Below the pieces are notes generated by a model. The model saw only the letters and a program-made list of their open reading frames with translations. It searched no databases and was not told where the DNA came from. Both the position numbers and the translations under genes were made by a program. From the NCBI GenBank assembly GCA_052035985.1, contig JBPOHC010000366.1, positions 1-64,000 of the forward strand: DNA of 64,000 bases, given 5' to 3'. This DNA is from Myxococcota bacterium. GTDB lineage: Bacteria > Myxococcota_A > Polyangia > Polyangiales > Ga0077539. Position 1 is the stretch's first letter, and each line of letters begins with the position of its first letter. Positions 1 through 9,323 of this stretch are shown piece by piece.

Positions 1-357
1 CGAACTCCCGACCGTCGCGCAGGGGCTCGCGGACGCGGACCTTGGGCTTCGTGCTCATCCCTCAGGTCTACCACCACTCGACCGCGTCAACCCCCGAATG
101 GCGGTCAGACTCCAGTTGCGGGGCAAGGGCTCCGGTGATTGAAGCGCGAACGCGTGGCGGAGGCCGAGGGTGCCTGCACGTCGCGACGGTGGTGCACAGG
201 CGAGCTGCACGCCGTCGGTCATCGCCCTACGATTGCGATCGACGGAGCCCTTGCCCCGCAACTGGCGGGGAAAGGGCGCGCGGAAGCGGGGTATGGGGTC
301 ACGCCGCGCGCCGTCGCAAAAGAGATGACGCAGTAGCGGTAGGCCGAGGCGAGAGAA

Positions 358-453
358 GCCGCCGGGTCGCGACCTCCCGCAGAACACACGCCGCCGGGTC
401 GCGACCTCACGACGGACATGCGCCGCCGGGTCGCGACCTCACGACGGACACGC
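358..453. repeat. 3 x 32-bp perfect-period tandem direct repeat, each unit containing palindrome GTCGCGAC (unit gccgccgggtcgcgacctc + 13 nt)
   Basis: Units start at 358, 390, 422; first 19 nt identical in all three, trailing 13 nt variable. Lies immediately 3' of minus-strand gene ending at 471. Spacers of 13 nt are too short for CRISPR. Confidence 0.8.
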
Positions 454-470
454 CGTGACGGATCGCGAGC

Positions 471-1184
471 TCAGGGCGTCGCGGGCTTCTTCTTCGCGCG
501 GCGGCGGGCGTTGATCGCTTCGTTGTGCGCGTCGAGCTGGCGCTCGTACGCGTCGAGCACGCCGACCCGCAACGGGTCGCTCTCGGGCAGCGAGCCGGTG
601 AGCGCGAGGGCGAGCGTGGTGAAGGTCTCGTGCCACGCGTCGGAGAGGCGTTCGACATCGACGCCGCCAGGACCCTTCACGGCCACGCCGTAGGGCGCGA
701 GCAGCGCCTCGATGAAGTCGACCGTGTCGCCGAGGTCGAGCGTCTTGACCGCGGGCGCCGCCTCTTTGCTGCGTAGCGCGGCGACAAGGTCGCGCATCCC
801 GCGATACTGCGTGTCCATCGCGCCGCGCGTGAAGTCGATACGCTTGGGAAAGGCCATTCGCCGCAGCGAGCGTGCGGCTTCGAAGCGCCCGGAGGCTCCC
901 TTGTTCAGCGCGACGAGCGGGTCGGTGAAGGTCTGCTCGATGGACTTCAGCGTCCCGTAGAACCCACCGATCGCGCGGTCGGTCGCCGTGTCGACGACGA
1001 GCTTCGGGGCGACGGCCACGCCCGCGAGGGCCTCGTTGGCCGCGACGAACTCACCGATTCGCGAGGCGATGGGCTCCGCGCGTTTGCGCTTCGCGAGGGT
1101 GTCCTCGCGGAGCAGCTCCGCCACGCGTGTTCCCACGTTGCGCTGGCGTTCGACGGTGAGGCGGGCGATTGAAAACAGTGCCAT
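471..1184 (-). CDS. hypothetical protein (237 aa), divergent partner of the NACHT-ATPase gene
   Basis: Only the 3' third of track ORF 471..2843(-) has protein-like composition. ATG at 1184..1182 (MALFSIARLTVERQ...) is preceded by GGAGGT RBS. No recognisable motifs. Confidence 0.55.
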   Translation of the reverse strand: MALFSIARLTVERQRNVGTRVAELLREDTLAKRKRAEPIASRIGEFVAANEALAGVAVAPKLVVDTATDRAIGGFYGTLKSIEQTFTDPLVALNKGASGRFEAARSLRRMAFPKRIDFTRGAMDTQYRGMRDLVAALRSKEAAPAVKTLDLGDTVDFIEALLAPYGVAVKGPGGVDVERLSDAWHETFTTLALALTGSLPESDPLRVGVLDAYERQLDAHNEAINARRRAKKKPATP

Positions 1185-1274
1185 GGGGTACCTCCGTGCG
1201 GAGTCGCGTCGCGGGGGCGGTGGTCGCCCGGTGATTCGGTCGCGCACGCGTGCGACACGCTCCAGATAGCTAAT

Positions 1275-4200
1275 GTGTTGAGGAGGGATCTTTTTCGGAG
1301 GGCGCGTCGATTTTCTTCGCGAGGCGCTCACCGAGGTCCTCCCCGCGTCGGGAGTGTTGCCCCTGTGTGGGCGTTCATGTTCAATCCGCCGACCGTGACC
1401 ACGAGCGAGCCGACGCCCCACGACCTCGTGAGCGACGCCGTGCGTGCCGCGAAGCTCGGGCCTCACGTCGCCGACGCGCTCGTGATGTGGTTGGTGCGCG
1501 GTCTCGAAGACGATCGCCACGCGAAGCTCGATGGGGCGCCGGTAGACCCCTCGACGCGCGCTCGCCTCGCCCGCGTGTTCACCGACGTCGGTCTCGAGAA
1601 CGACGGCACCCCCGAGGAGCGCGAGGAGCGCCCCGGTGTGCTGGCCCGCCTTCTCTCGAACGAGCTCGTGCCGCGTAGGTGGTCGCATGACCGTCGTGGC
1701 GCCGCGCGTCGGGCAGAGGTGGAACTCCCGCGCTTCGTGCTCGTCGGAGGCCCTGGACAGGGCAAGTCGACGCTCGCGCAGCAGCTCACGCAGCAGCACC
1801 GCGCCGCCTGGCTGTCGCCGCGGAAGGAGGGCCTCGATGACATCGCGCGCGTGACGCTCGACGACATCGCAGCCCGCGCTGCCGAAGACTCCCTCGCGAT
1901 GGGTGACGTCGTACGCCTGCCCTTCCTGGTGCCGCTCGGGACGCTCTCGCGATGGCGCGTGACGCGCTCGATCGCGGAGCCTCTCCTGCTGAACTTTCTC
2001 GTCGAGCAGGTGAACGACGCAGGCGGCTCCGTGAGCGCGGAGGAGCTGACAGCGTTGCTCCGCGCGACGCCGTGGCTGCTGGTGCTCGACGGCCTCGACG
2101 AGGTCCCTGCGTCGGCGGGGCGTCGCGAGACGCTCGGGCTTGCAGAGCGCTTCATGCGCGAGCTCGCGGGCTCGAAGGGGATGCTCGTAGGCACCACGCG
2201 TCCGCAGGGCTACCAGGGCGATTTCGGCGAGGTCGACGAGCTGCACCTCGCGGCGTTCTCGACGAAGCGCGCCCTCGCGTACGCGAAGCGGCTGCTCGAA
2301 GACTGGTTCCCTTCGGCGGTGTCGGAGCAGCGTCGGCTGTTGGAGCGGCTCACGACCGCCTCGGCCGACGCGAACACCGCGCAGCTCCTCGGGACGCCGC
2401 TGCACGTGAGCATCCTCACCGCGCTGCTGCACCGGACGCCGGTGGTTCCGCGCGAGCGCTGGCAGATGTTTCACGACTTCTTCGCGTCGATCTATCAGCG
2501 CGAGGTCGACCGGCCGCACCCCTACGCCGAGCTCCTGAAGCGGTGGCGTCGCTACATCGAGCCGATGCACCACGTCGCAGGGCTGCATCTTCAGGCCCTC
2601 GGCGAGCGGGCTGAGGGGGCGGTGGCGCTCCTCACGAAGCCCGAGCTGGTGCGCATCGTCGACGCGCAGTTGCAGATCGGAAAGTTCACCGAAGAGCGCC
2701 GCCGCGAGCTCGTTCACGACATCGTCGAGGCCGCGTCCGATCGGCTCGTGCTGCTCGCGCAGGTCCGCGACGGTCGCTACGGCTTCACGTTGCGCTCCAT
2801 CCAGGAATTCATGGCCGCCGAGGCGCTCACGGGAGGCGCGCACGAGGCGGTCGTGCGGCGCGCGAGGCGCCTGGTGCCGCTACCCTACTGGCGCAACGTC
2901 GTGCTGCTCATGGTGAGCAAGGTGTTCTCGCCGGGGCAGTCAGCGCTCGCGCCGCTCACCGAGGCGCTCACGATCGGTCTCTGCGATCGGCTCACCGAGC
3001 GCGACGAGGCCACGGTGTACGTCCCAGGCGACGACGCGGCGTTTGCGAGCGATCTGCTCGGCGAAGGGTCGGTGACGGTCGATCCCGGCGTGACGCGCGC
3101 GGTGCTGGAGCGCGCGCTCACGATCATCGATCAGCCAGATGCGGAGCGTGCGAAGCAACTCGTCACCGCGCTGTCTCAGGTGGTCGGCGACGAGGATTGC
3201 GCGAGGGAGCTCGACGCGATCGCGCGTCCGCTACGCGCCGCGCGTTTGGGGAACAGCGACGACCTCGGGGCATGGAGGTTCGCGATCGGGCTCGCGGACG
3301 CAGGGATCGCGTGGGCGAACGCGCTCGCGACGAAGCGGTGGCCTGTGGATGCGGAGGCGCGAAGGTTCGTTGCGCTGCATTGTAGTGGGAGTCCGTGGGC
3401 GTTGTCGAAGTGGGTCGAAGAGAAGGTGATCGAGGACCTCGACACGTTTGGTCCGAACGAGATGATGAAAATCGAGCCGCTTTTTGGGTGGCCCAAGGCT
3501 CCCCGGCTCTGGGTTTCGTGCGAGCCGCAACTGACCTCGCTTCGTCGTATCACTGTGTCTCCGGAAGACGCTCCGATTGCTTTCCAACTGCGCCCTCTTG
3601 ATTCGGCGGGAGTGCCAGCGGTTGTTCTGGCAGAGCTGGCGCGTCTCACGCGTTGGCAACCGTGGTCGTGGATCGCTCGGTTCTCTTCTGCGCCGAGCCC
3701 AGAAGTGCTCTCGGAGGCGCTCGCGTACTTTGCGAACGAGGCGTCGCCCGAGCAGGTCGAACGCGCGAGAGCCGTAGCGCCGTGGCCGATCGCCGCCTGC
3801 CTCGCATGGGCCGAGTCGCCAGAGGAGCTACGGACGCTCTCCGAGGCTGCTGCCAGAGGCGAACTTGGGGACCTCGGGGTGTGGCGCGCTGCCGAGTCGC
3901 GGTGGGCGGCCCACCCGACGACGCTTCGCGAGTCCGCTCCGGATGGAGGCGCGTTGCCGTTCTCCGTCTCGATTCGCGATCACGGTTTTGTTCCGTGCGG
4001 AGAGGCGAGGATTGCGTGGGACCAGAGCGCGATCGAGGACCCGGACGTCGTCGCAGACCAGACCACGAGAGTTGTGCTCGAAGTGCTCCAGACCTCGCGA
4101 CGGCGAGCGGTCGCGCGTTGGGCGGCGCTCGTGCTCGACGTTCTCGTTGAGGACGCCTGGCCGGTCCGGTCAGTCGTACCGCTCTCACTCATGGAGCGGC

Positions 4201-6140
4201 TCTTAGATGCCTCTCACGCGGATATCGGGATGCTCACCCGCATCGTGGCTCTTGCCGAGAGAGACGCGCTGGTCGAGCTCCTCGAGGCGAGGCGCGATCG
4301 GGTTGCGGTCAGCGATTGGACCCAACCAGACCCCATCAGCTCCTTGCTCGAGGCTCATCCTGCTGCGCCTGTGTTGTTGCTCTTAGCGCTGCGAATGGTG
4401 AGCTGGGATGGGCACCTGCGAGTTCGCATCCCCGCTGCGACCTTCGTGATGGCGGAGAGCCTCGCTCCCGAAGATCGAGCCGCAGTCGCTGCGTTCGAAT
4501 TCGCGCGCGGCGGTGCCCTCGACATCGCGCGGCTGGCCTCGCTCCTCGTCGTCAGCGATCTCGCCGTTGAAGCGGCGTTGGCGATCGCTTTCGACGACTC
4601 CGCCCGCGGTGCTTCTCTCGCGATCGAGCTCCTCGCGCGGCTCCCCGACTCTAAGAGCGATCTCCGCGCTCGTTGCACCCGCCTGCTCCTCCAAGCCCGA
4701 AAGCTCCAGTGCAGCGAACTCCTCGTGCCCTCCGAGTGGAAGGAACTCTCGCTTCCGCGCCCTTCACCGCCGGAGCCGTCGAGCGCGTCGCCCGTCGCGC
4801 CGGTTCACATCGAGAGCCTGCGCATCGAGAACGTGCGCGCGTTCGACGCCTTCGAACTCCCCGTCGCCTCGTCGGGCGACAACGGCGCGTGGGTCGTGCT
4901 CCTCGGCGAGAACGGGACGGGCAAGAGCACCGCGCTCCGTGCCATCACCCTCGCCCTTGCCGAGCCCGACTACGCGACCACCATGTTCACCGAGTCGGCC
5001 TCGCGCGCCACGTGGCGACGCGACCCCGAGAAGCCCGCGCGCGCCACGGTGAGCCTCCACGGCCAGTCGTACACGGTCACGCTCGGCACGGGCGACACGG
5101 GCCGGGAGACGCTCGTCGCGTCGAGCGATCCGCCCAACGGCTCCGCGCGTGAGCGGCCCTTCCTCGTGGCCTACGGATGTCGGCGCGGCGCGGCGGACGG
5201 AGGCCGCGATCAGAAGGTCGACGTCGAGCCCCTCGACGGAATCGGTACGCTCTTCGACGCGCCGGGGCGCGCGCTCGTCATCGCCGAGGCGTGGCTCAAG
5301 GACCTCGCGCTCGCGCAGCTCCAGAACGAGCCCGGCAGCGCGCACCTCTACGACGTCGTGCGCGAGGTGCTCGTCGGCGACGGGACCACGGAGGGAATCC
5401 TCCCCGGCGTGCGTGCGATGAGAATCTCGGGCGGCACGGTGTGGTTCGAGGGGCCCGACGTGGGGACCTCGCCGCTCGCAGCGCTCAGCGACGGGTACAT
5501 CACCACCGCGGGCTGGGTCATCGACCTGATGGCGCGCTGGATCCACCACCGACGCACCCGCAAGGAGCTCGTGTCGCGCGACTTCACGAGCGAGATGCGC
5601 GGCGTGGTGCTGCTCGACGAGATCGACCTGCACCTGCATCCGCGCTGGCAGCGGGAGCTCATCCCCGCCGTGCGGAGGGTCTTTCCGAAGCTGACCTTCG
5701 TGGTGACGACGCACAACCCGCTGACCGTGATCGGCGCGCGCGAGGGCGAGGTGTTCGTGCTGCGTCGGCGCAAGGGCGCGTCGGGCGTCGAGGCGCGTCG
5801 GCTACACCTGCCCGTTGGAATGCGCGCGGATCAGGTGCTCACGGGGGAGTGGTTCGGCCTCGCGACGACGCTCGACCCCGAGACCTTCGACCTCTGGGAG
5901 AGGCACTACCGCGCGCTCCGCAGCGGCAAGAAGGCGGGCGACCCCGAGCTGCGAGACCTGGAGCGCGAGCTCGCGCGCCGTCTGGGGACCTACGCGAGCA
6001 CGTCGCTCGATCGCATCGCCCTCGACGTCGCGGCCGAGGTGATGGGAGACCGCCCGAAGGACCTCTCGGCATCGGAGCGCGAGGCCGCGCGCGCGAGCAT
6101 CCTGGAGTGGGTGAAGCACCGCGCGGAGGACGCGTCGTAA
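1275..6140 (+). CDS. giant STAND/NACHT-like NTPase fused to C-terminal PtuA/AAA_21-type ABC ATPase (Septu PtuA-like), 1621 aa (alternative ATG start at 1377)
   Basis: N-terminal Walker A VLVGGPGQGKSTLAQQL and Walker B LLVLDGLDEV (NACHT signature). Long helical A/L-rich middle. C-terminus IESLRIENVRAFDAFELP ... VVLLGENGTGKSTALRAI (Walker A) ... VVLLDEIDLHLHPRWQ (Walker B) ... FVVTTHNPL (H-loop), typical of AAA_15/21 OLD/PtuA ATPases. Track start at 1275 is GTG; an AT-richer stretch sits just upstream. Confidence 0.8.
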   Translation: MLRRDLFRRARRFSSRGAHRGPPRVGSVAPVWAFMFNPPTVTTSEPTPHDLVSDAVRAAKLGPHVADALVMWLVRGLEDDRHAKLDGAPVDPSTRARLARVFTDVGLENDGTPEEREERPGVLARLLSNELVPRRWSHDRRGAARRAEVELPRFVLVGGPGQGKSTLAQQLTQQHRAAWLSPRKEGLDDIARVTLDDIAARAAEDSLAMGDVVRLPFLVPLGTLSRWRVTRSIAEPLLLNFLVEQVNDAGGSVSAEELTALLRATPWLLVLDGLDEVPASAGRRETLGLAERFMRELAGSKGMLVGTTRPQGYQGDFGEVDELHLAAFSTKRALAYAKRLLEDWFPSAVSEQRRLLERLTTASADANTAQLLGTPLHVSILTALLHRTPVVPRERWQMFHDFFASIYQREVDRPHPYAELLKRWRRYIEPMHHVAGLHLQALGERAEGAVALLTKPELVRIVDAQLQIGKFTEERRRELVHDIVEAASDRLVLLAQVRDGRYGFTLRSIQEFMAAEALTGGAHEAVVRRARRLVPLPYWRNVVLLMVSKVFSPGQSALAPLTEALTIGLCDRLTERDEATVYVPGDDAAFASDLLGEGSVTVDPGVTRAVLERALTIIDQPDAERAKQLVTALSQVVGDEDCARELDAIARPLRAARLGNSDDLGAWRFAIGLADAGIAWANALATKRWPVDAEARRFVALHCSGSPWALSKWVEEKVIEDLDTFGPNEMMKIEPLFGWPKAPRLWVSCEPQLTSLRRITVSPEDAPIAFQLRPLDSAGVPAVVLAELARLTRWQPWSWIARFSSAPSPEVLSEALAYFANEASPEQVERARAVAPWPIAACLAWAESPEELRTLSEAAARGELGDLGVWRAAESRWAAHPTTLRESAPDGGALPFSVSIRDHGFVPCGEARIAWDQSAIEDPDVVADQTTRVVLEVLQTSRRRAVARWAALVLDVLVEDAWPVRSVVPLSLMERLLDASHADIGMLTRIVALAERDALVELLEARRDRVAVSDWTQPDPISSLLEAHPAAPVLLLLALRMVSWDGHLRVRIPAATFVMAESLAPEDRAAVAAFEFARGGALDIARLASLLVVSDLAVEAALAIAFDDSARGASLAIELLARLPDSKSDLRARCTRLLLQARKLQCSELLVPSEWKELSLPRPSPPEPSSASPVAPVHIESLRIENVRAFDAFELPVASSGDNGAWVVLLGENGTGKSTALRAITLALAEPDYATTMFTESASRATWRRDPEKPARATVSLHGQSYTVTLGTGDTGRETLVASSDPPNGSARERPFLVAYGCRRGAADGGRDQKVDVEPLDGIGTLFDAPGRALVIAEAWLKDLALAQLQNEPGSAHLYDVVREVLVGDGTTEGILPGVRAMRISGGTVWFEGPDVGTSPLAALSDGYITTAGWVIDLMARWIHHRRTRKELVSRDFTSEMRGVVLLDEIDLHLHPRWQRELIPAVRRVFPKLTFVVTTHNPLTVIGAREGEVFVLRRRKGASGVEARRLHLPVGMRADQVLTGEWFGLATTLDPETFDLWERHYRALRSGKKAGDPELRDLERELARRLGTYASTSLDRIALDVAAEVMGDRPKDLSASEREAARASILEWVKHRAEDAS

Positions 6141-6168
6141 CGACGCGCGCGTTGGGGGAGCGACGGGG

Positions 6169-6984
6169 ATGTTGCGCTTCATTCGCCCGAAGGAGCCCGA
6201 CGACTTCGCGACGCGCGTCGCCGGTCCTCGCGCGAAGATCGACGGGATCGTCGCGGGCGGAAAGCTCCCGTCGAGCAAGCAGTTCGACGCGACGTGGCGC
6301 GAGTTCAAGAAGCCCCTGAGCGACACGCAGGAGGGCAAATGCGGCTACTGCGAGTCGTTCATCCGGGCGACGCAGTACGGCGACGTCGAGCACTATCGCC
6401 CGAAGGCTGAGCTCACCCGCGTGGCCGTTGGTGTGCCGATCCCGTGGACCTCCGAGGCTCCGCCGCCCACCGATTCCGTGAGCGAGTGTGGCTACTGGTG
6501 GCTCGCGTACGAGTGGACGAACTACCTCTTCGCGTGCGGGATCTGCAACGAGCGCTGGAAGGGCGAGCTCTTTCCCGTGGCGGTGCCGCAGCCGTCGAAG
6601 CTCAACCGCGGCTGCGAGAAGGCGGGCGAGGATCCGCTGCTGCTCAATCCGTACGGCGCGGAGCCGCCCGAGGAGCACCTCCGCTTCGACTCGGAGGGGC
6701 GCGTCTTCGCCCGCGCGAACTCGGTCCGCGGTGAGGCGACGATCACCACGTGCGGGCTTCACCGCATCGACCTCGTGACGGCGCGAGGGCCGATTGCGCA
6801 ACGCGTCCACGCGCTGATCGGCGAGATCAACAAAGCGAGGACCTCGGATCGAAAGGCTCCGCACATCGCCGATCTGCAAGCGCTCGGGAGCCGCAGGAGT
6901 CCTCACGCGGGGATGGTGCGCTCGCTCGTCGCGGAGAGCGTCTCGCCTGACGTCGTCGCGGCGCTCTGGCCCGACCATCGCTGA
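6169..6984 (+). CDS. HNH endonuclease, TIGR02646/PtuB-like (Septu effector-type), 271 aa
   Basis: Motifs GKCGYCES...HYRPK...WTNYLFACGICNERWKGE match the AAA-ATPase-associated HNH family. ATG at 6169 has GGGGGAG RBS and lies 28 bp after the upstream stop, so the two are likely co-transcribed. Confidence 0.8.
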   Translation: MLRFIRPKEPDDFATRVAGPRAKIDGIVAGGKLPSSKQFDATWREFKKPLSDTQEGKCGYCESFIRATQYGDVEHYRPKAELTRVAVGVPIPWTSEAPPPTDSVSECGYWWLAYEWTNYLFACGICNERWKGELFPVAVPQPSKLNRGCEKAGEDPLLLNPYGAEPPEEHLRFDSEGRVFARANSVRGEATITTCGLHRIDLVTARGPIAQRVHALIGEINKARTSDRKAPHIADLQALGSRRSPHAGMVRSLVAESVSPDVVAALWPDHR

Positions 6985-7066
6985 CGCGCGGAGTTCAAGT
7001 CCGCGTCGCGGTCAGTCGGTGCGCTCTGCGTATTTCTGGTGGGTGAATCGGTAGGCTGAGGAGCGA

Positions 7067-7087
7067 AGCGACGCTGAATGCGTCGCT
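7067..7087. terminator. hairpin (agcgacgc-tgaat-gcgtcgct) between convergent genes
   Basis: 8-bp perfect stem with 5-nt loop, overlapping the stop of the minus-strand HEAT gene and 80 bp past the HNH stop. No U-tract. Confidence 0.4.
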
Positions 7088-8106
7088 CAGCGGCGGCCGC
7101 GGCGACGGCCTGCGGGCGCGGAGACGAACTGCTCCTGAAGGCGCTGCACGGCGCCGCGGGCCGCGACCTCGATCGCCGCGCGAGAGAGCCTCGCCGTGGG
7201 ATCGGTGCCGCCGGGGAACACCTGCTCCGTCGCCGACGCCGTGGTGCTCACCGTGCCGATGATGTTGTGCGCGGGCTCCTGAAGGATCGCGAGCGAGAGC
7301 TCGGCCCGCACATGAACGCCGCTCGCGTCCTGCGTGCGCTGGAGCGATGCGAGCGAGCCTTCGAGCGCGCACCAGCGCAGCGCCCGCGTGCGCAGACGGG
7401 CCTGCGCCGCAGAGGGGAGCGTGCCCGAGTGGAGCGCGAGCTCCGGCGAGGTCTCGACCGCGCGACGGAGCGACTGACGCATGGTTTCGGTGTCGGCCGC
7501 GTTGCTCGACGCGCGGTTCTGCACCGCGTTGACGGAGACCACCAGGCGCACGCGGCGCCAGTCGACAGGCGCGATGGCGGGCGTCGGAGAGACTGCCGCC
7601 GCGGGCGCGGGCTGCGCGTACCCGGTGGGAATCACCGAGCCGAAGGCGCCCGTGCCGTAGGAGCCCGTGCCGTACGCGTTCGCGGGACGTGCCACGGCGG
7701 GCTGCGCGGGCAGCGACGAGAGCGCGCGCACGCTGGCCTGCGCGGCCGAGCGGACGCTGCGGTCGCGGTCGTCGAGCACGTTGTTGAGCGCCGAGATGGC
7801 CGCGCGGTCGCCGAATCCGCCGAGCGAGATGGCCGCCGCGCGGCGAACGGTCGGAGCCCTGTCACGGAGCGCGCTCTCGAGAGCTTCGCGGCCTCCGTCG
7901 GGGTGTGTGCGCGCGATCTCCTGCACGGCGCGGACGCGCGCCCGAGGGGTCGCCGACGCCCGAAGCGCGCCGATGGGAGAGGTCATGCTCTGCGACCAGG
8001 CCGAGGGGCACTGGAGCACGAGCGCGAGCGCTGCGAAGAGCGTGAAGAGCGAGACGCGGACCGTACGGAGGGTGTGTCGTTTCATGGCCTTGTGTTCGGT
8101 CATCAC
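7087..8106 (-). CDS. secreted HEAT/PBS-lyase-repeat protein
   Basis: Signal peptide (LFTLFAALALVLQCPSAWSQ) followed by repeated ...R.AA..LG..GD..A...L...L.D.D..VR..A motifs typical of HEAT_2 repeats. The opposite-strand ORF 7078..8280 is R-rich junk. Confidence 0.7.
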   Translation of the reverse strand: MMTEHKAMKRHTLRTVRVSLFTLFAALALVLQCPSAWSQSMTSPIGALRASATPRARVRAVQEIARTHPDGGREALESALRDRAPTVRRAAAISLGGFGDRAAISALNNVLDDRDRSVRSAAQASVRALSSLPAQPAVARPANAYGTGSYGTGAFGSVIPTGYAQPAPAAAVSPTPAIAPVDWRRVRLVVSVNAVQNRASSNAADTETMRQSLRRAVETSPELALHSGTLPSAAQARLRTRALRWCALEGSLASLQRTQDASGVHVRAELSLAILQEPAHNIIGTVSTTASATEQVFPGGTDPTARLSRAAIEVAARGAVQRLQEQFVSAPAGRRRGRR

Positions 8107-8167
8107 GGCGGACAGCGACCGTACCTTGAGCCTCGACGCGACGGCAATGACCCCTATGGGTTCACAG

Positions 8168-9283
8168 TCACGTGGCCGGGGCGCCGCAGTTCGGGCAGAC
8201 GCCCAGTTCGGCGGCGTAGACCGACTTGCAGTGGGCGCAGGCGCGACGTCCCACGCGGGCGTCGGGGGCGATGGGCTTGAGCGTCGGGAACTTCACGGCC
8301 ATCTCGGCCGAGGACATCACGTCGTTGGGGTCCGAAGGGATCCACACGACCTCCATGGCCTGGAGGGCGCCGGGGCCCGCGAGGAGCACCTGGAGGTCGG
8401 CCCGGAGCGCGTCGCGGGTGGTCACCGGGACGAAGCCCGTGAAGTTGCCCCTGCGCGCGATGAGGAGGGTGACCACGACGAAGCCGCCGCCCTCTTCGGC
8501 GCGTCCGCGCGAGGCCGGGGCGTTGATCTTTCGCACGCCGCCCGCGTCGGCGCGCACGGTCTCGACGATGTAGCGCCCGCGCTCCTGATCGACGGCGGCC
8601 TGGAACTGCTGCTGCGTCACCTGCATCGAGAGCCCCTGGCTCACCGCGTGGTGCGTCATGTACGCGCTGTCGAGGAAGCGCGAGAGCGACGTGGCCATCG
8701 TGCGCGCGGCGTTCTCGAGGGCGTCGGGTGAGTTCTGCATCTGCACCGACCCCGCGATGCGATCGAGCTCGCCCTGCACCTGCGCGCGCACCGACGAGTC
8801 GAACGCGATGGCGAGCGCGCCGAGCGAGAAGGTCTCGGGCGTGAAGTCTCCGCCGGGCATTCCACCGAAGCCGTTCTGCGTGGGCACGTAGCTCACGCCG
8901 CTGCTCCCCTTCTTCTTGCTGAGCGCCATCCCGATGAGGATCACCACGATGAAGAAGAACACCACGCAGCACAGGGCGCCGGCCCCTCCGCCGCCGTTCG
9001 ACGACCCGCCCCCGTACGACCCGTAAGAGCCGCCGCCGTAGGACCCGCCGCTGCTCCCGCCGCCCCACGAAGAGCGGCTGCTGCTGCCCCAGCTCGTGCC
9101 CGACGAGCGGCTCCCGCCGCCCCAGCTCGAACCCGACGAGCGGCTCGACGAGGAGGAAGAAGATCGCCCCGAACCCCAGCTCGAACCGCCGAAGCTGCCG
9201 CCCGTGTGCTGCGCCAGCGAGGCCACCGGGACGAACACGGCGAGCACGACGACGAGGAACAGCCAGACCCTGAATCTCAGCAT
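8168..9283 (-). CDS. membrane protein with signal peptide, extreme Gly/Ser-rich low-complexity region, one TM helix and a C-terminal CxxC...CxxC zinc ribbon (DUF1517-like?)
   Basis: N-terminal hydrophobic signal. ([18 protein letters not shown])n tract, then hydrophobic CCVVFFFIVVILIGMAL. Globular domain ends with CAHCKSVYAAELGVCPNCG. Confidence 0.55.
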   Translation of the reverse strand: MLRFRVWLFLVVVLAVFVPVASLAQHTGGSFGGSSWGSGRSSSSSSSRSSGSSWGGGSRSSGTSWGSSSRSSWGGGSSGGSYGGGSYGSYGGGSSNGGGGAGALCCVVFFFIVVILIGMALSKKKGSSGVSYVPTQNGFGGMPGGDFTPETFSLGALAIAFDSSVRAQVQGELDRIAGSVQMQNSPDALENAARTMATSLSRFLDSAYMTHHAVSQGLSMQVTQQQFQAAVDQERGRYIVETVRADAGGVRKINAPASRGRAEEGGGFVVVTLLIARRGNFTGFVPVTTRDALRADLQVLLAGPGALQAMEVVWIPSDPNDVMSSAEMAVKFPTLKPIAPDARVGRRACAHCKSVYAAELGVCPNCGAPAT

Positions 9284-9323
9284 GGCGCGTACGTTACGCC
9301 GCGCGTTTGCGCCGCACCAGAGC

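Noticed and set aside
358-453. Possible CRISPR array
   Set aside because: Only three repeats with 13-nt variable segments and no cas genes. A tandem repeat, not CRISPR.
1-470. Several overlapping 60-140 aa ORFs
   Set aside because: All R/A/G-rich with no starts preceded by an RBS. Region is better explained as the 3' flank of the minus-strand gene with its tandem repeat.
471-2843. 790-aa minus-strand ORF
   Set aside because: Only the 3' 714 nt (471..1184) has protein-like composition and an RBS-preceded ATG. The rest is R/A-rich antisense of the NACHT-ATPase gene, typical of high-GC artefacts.
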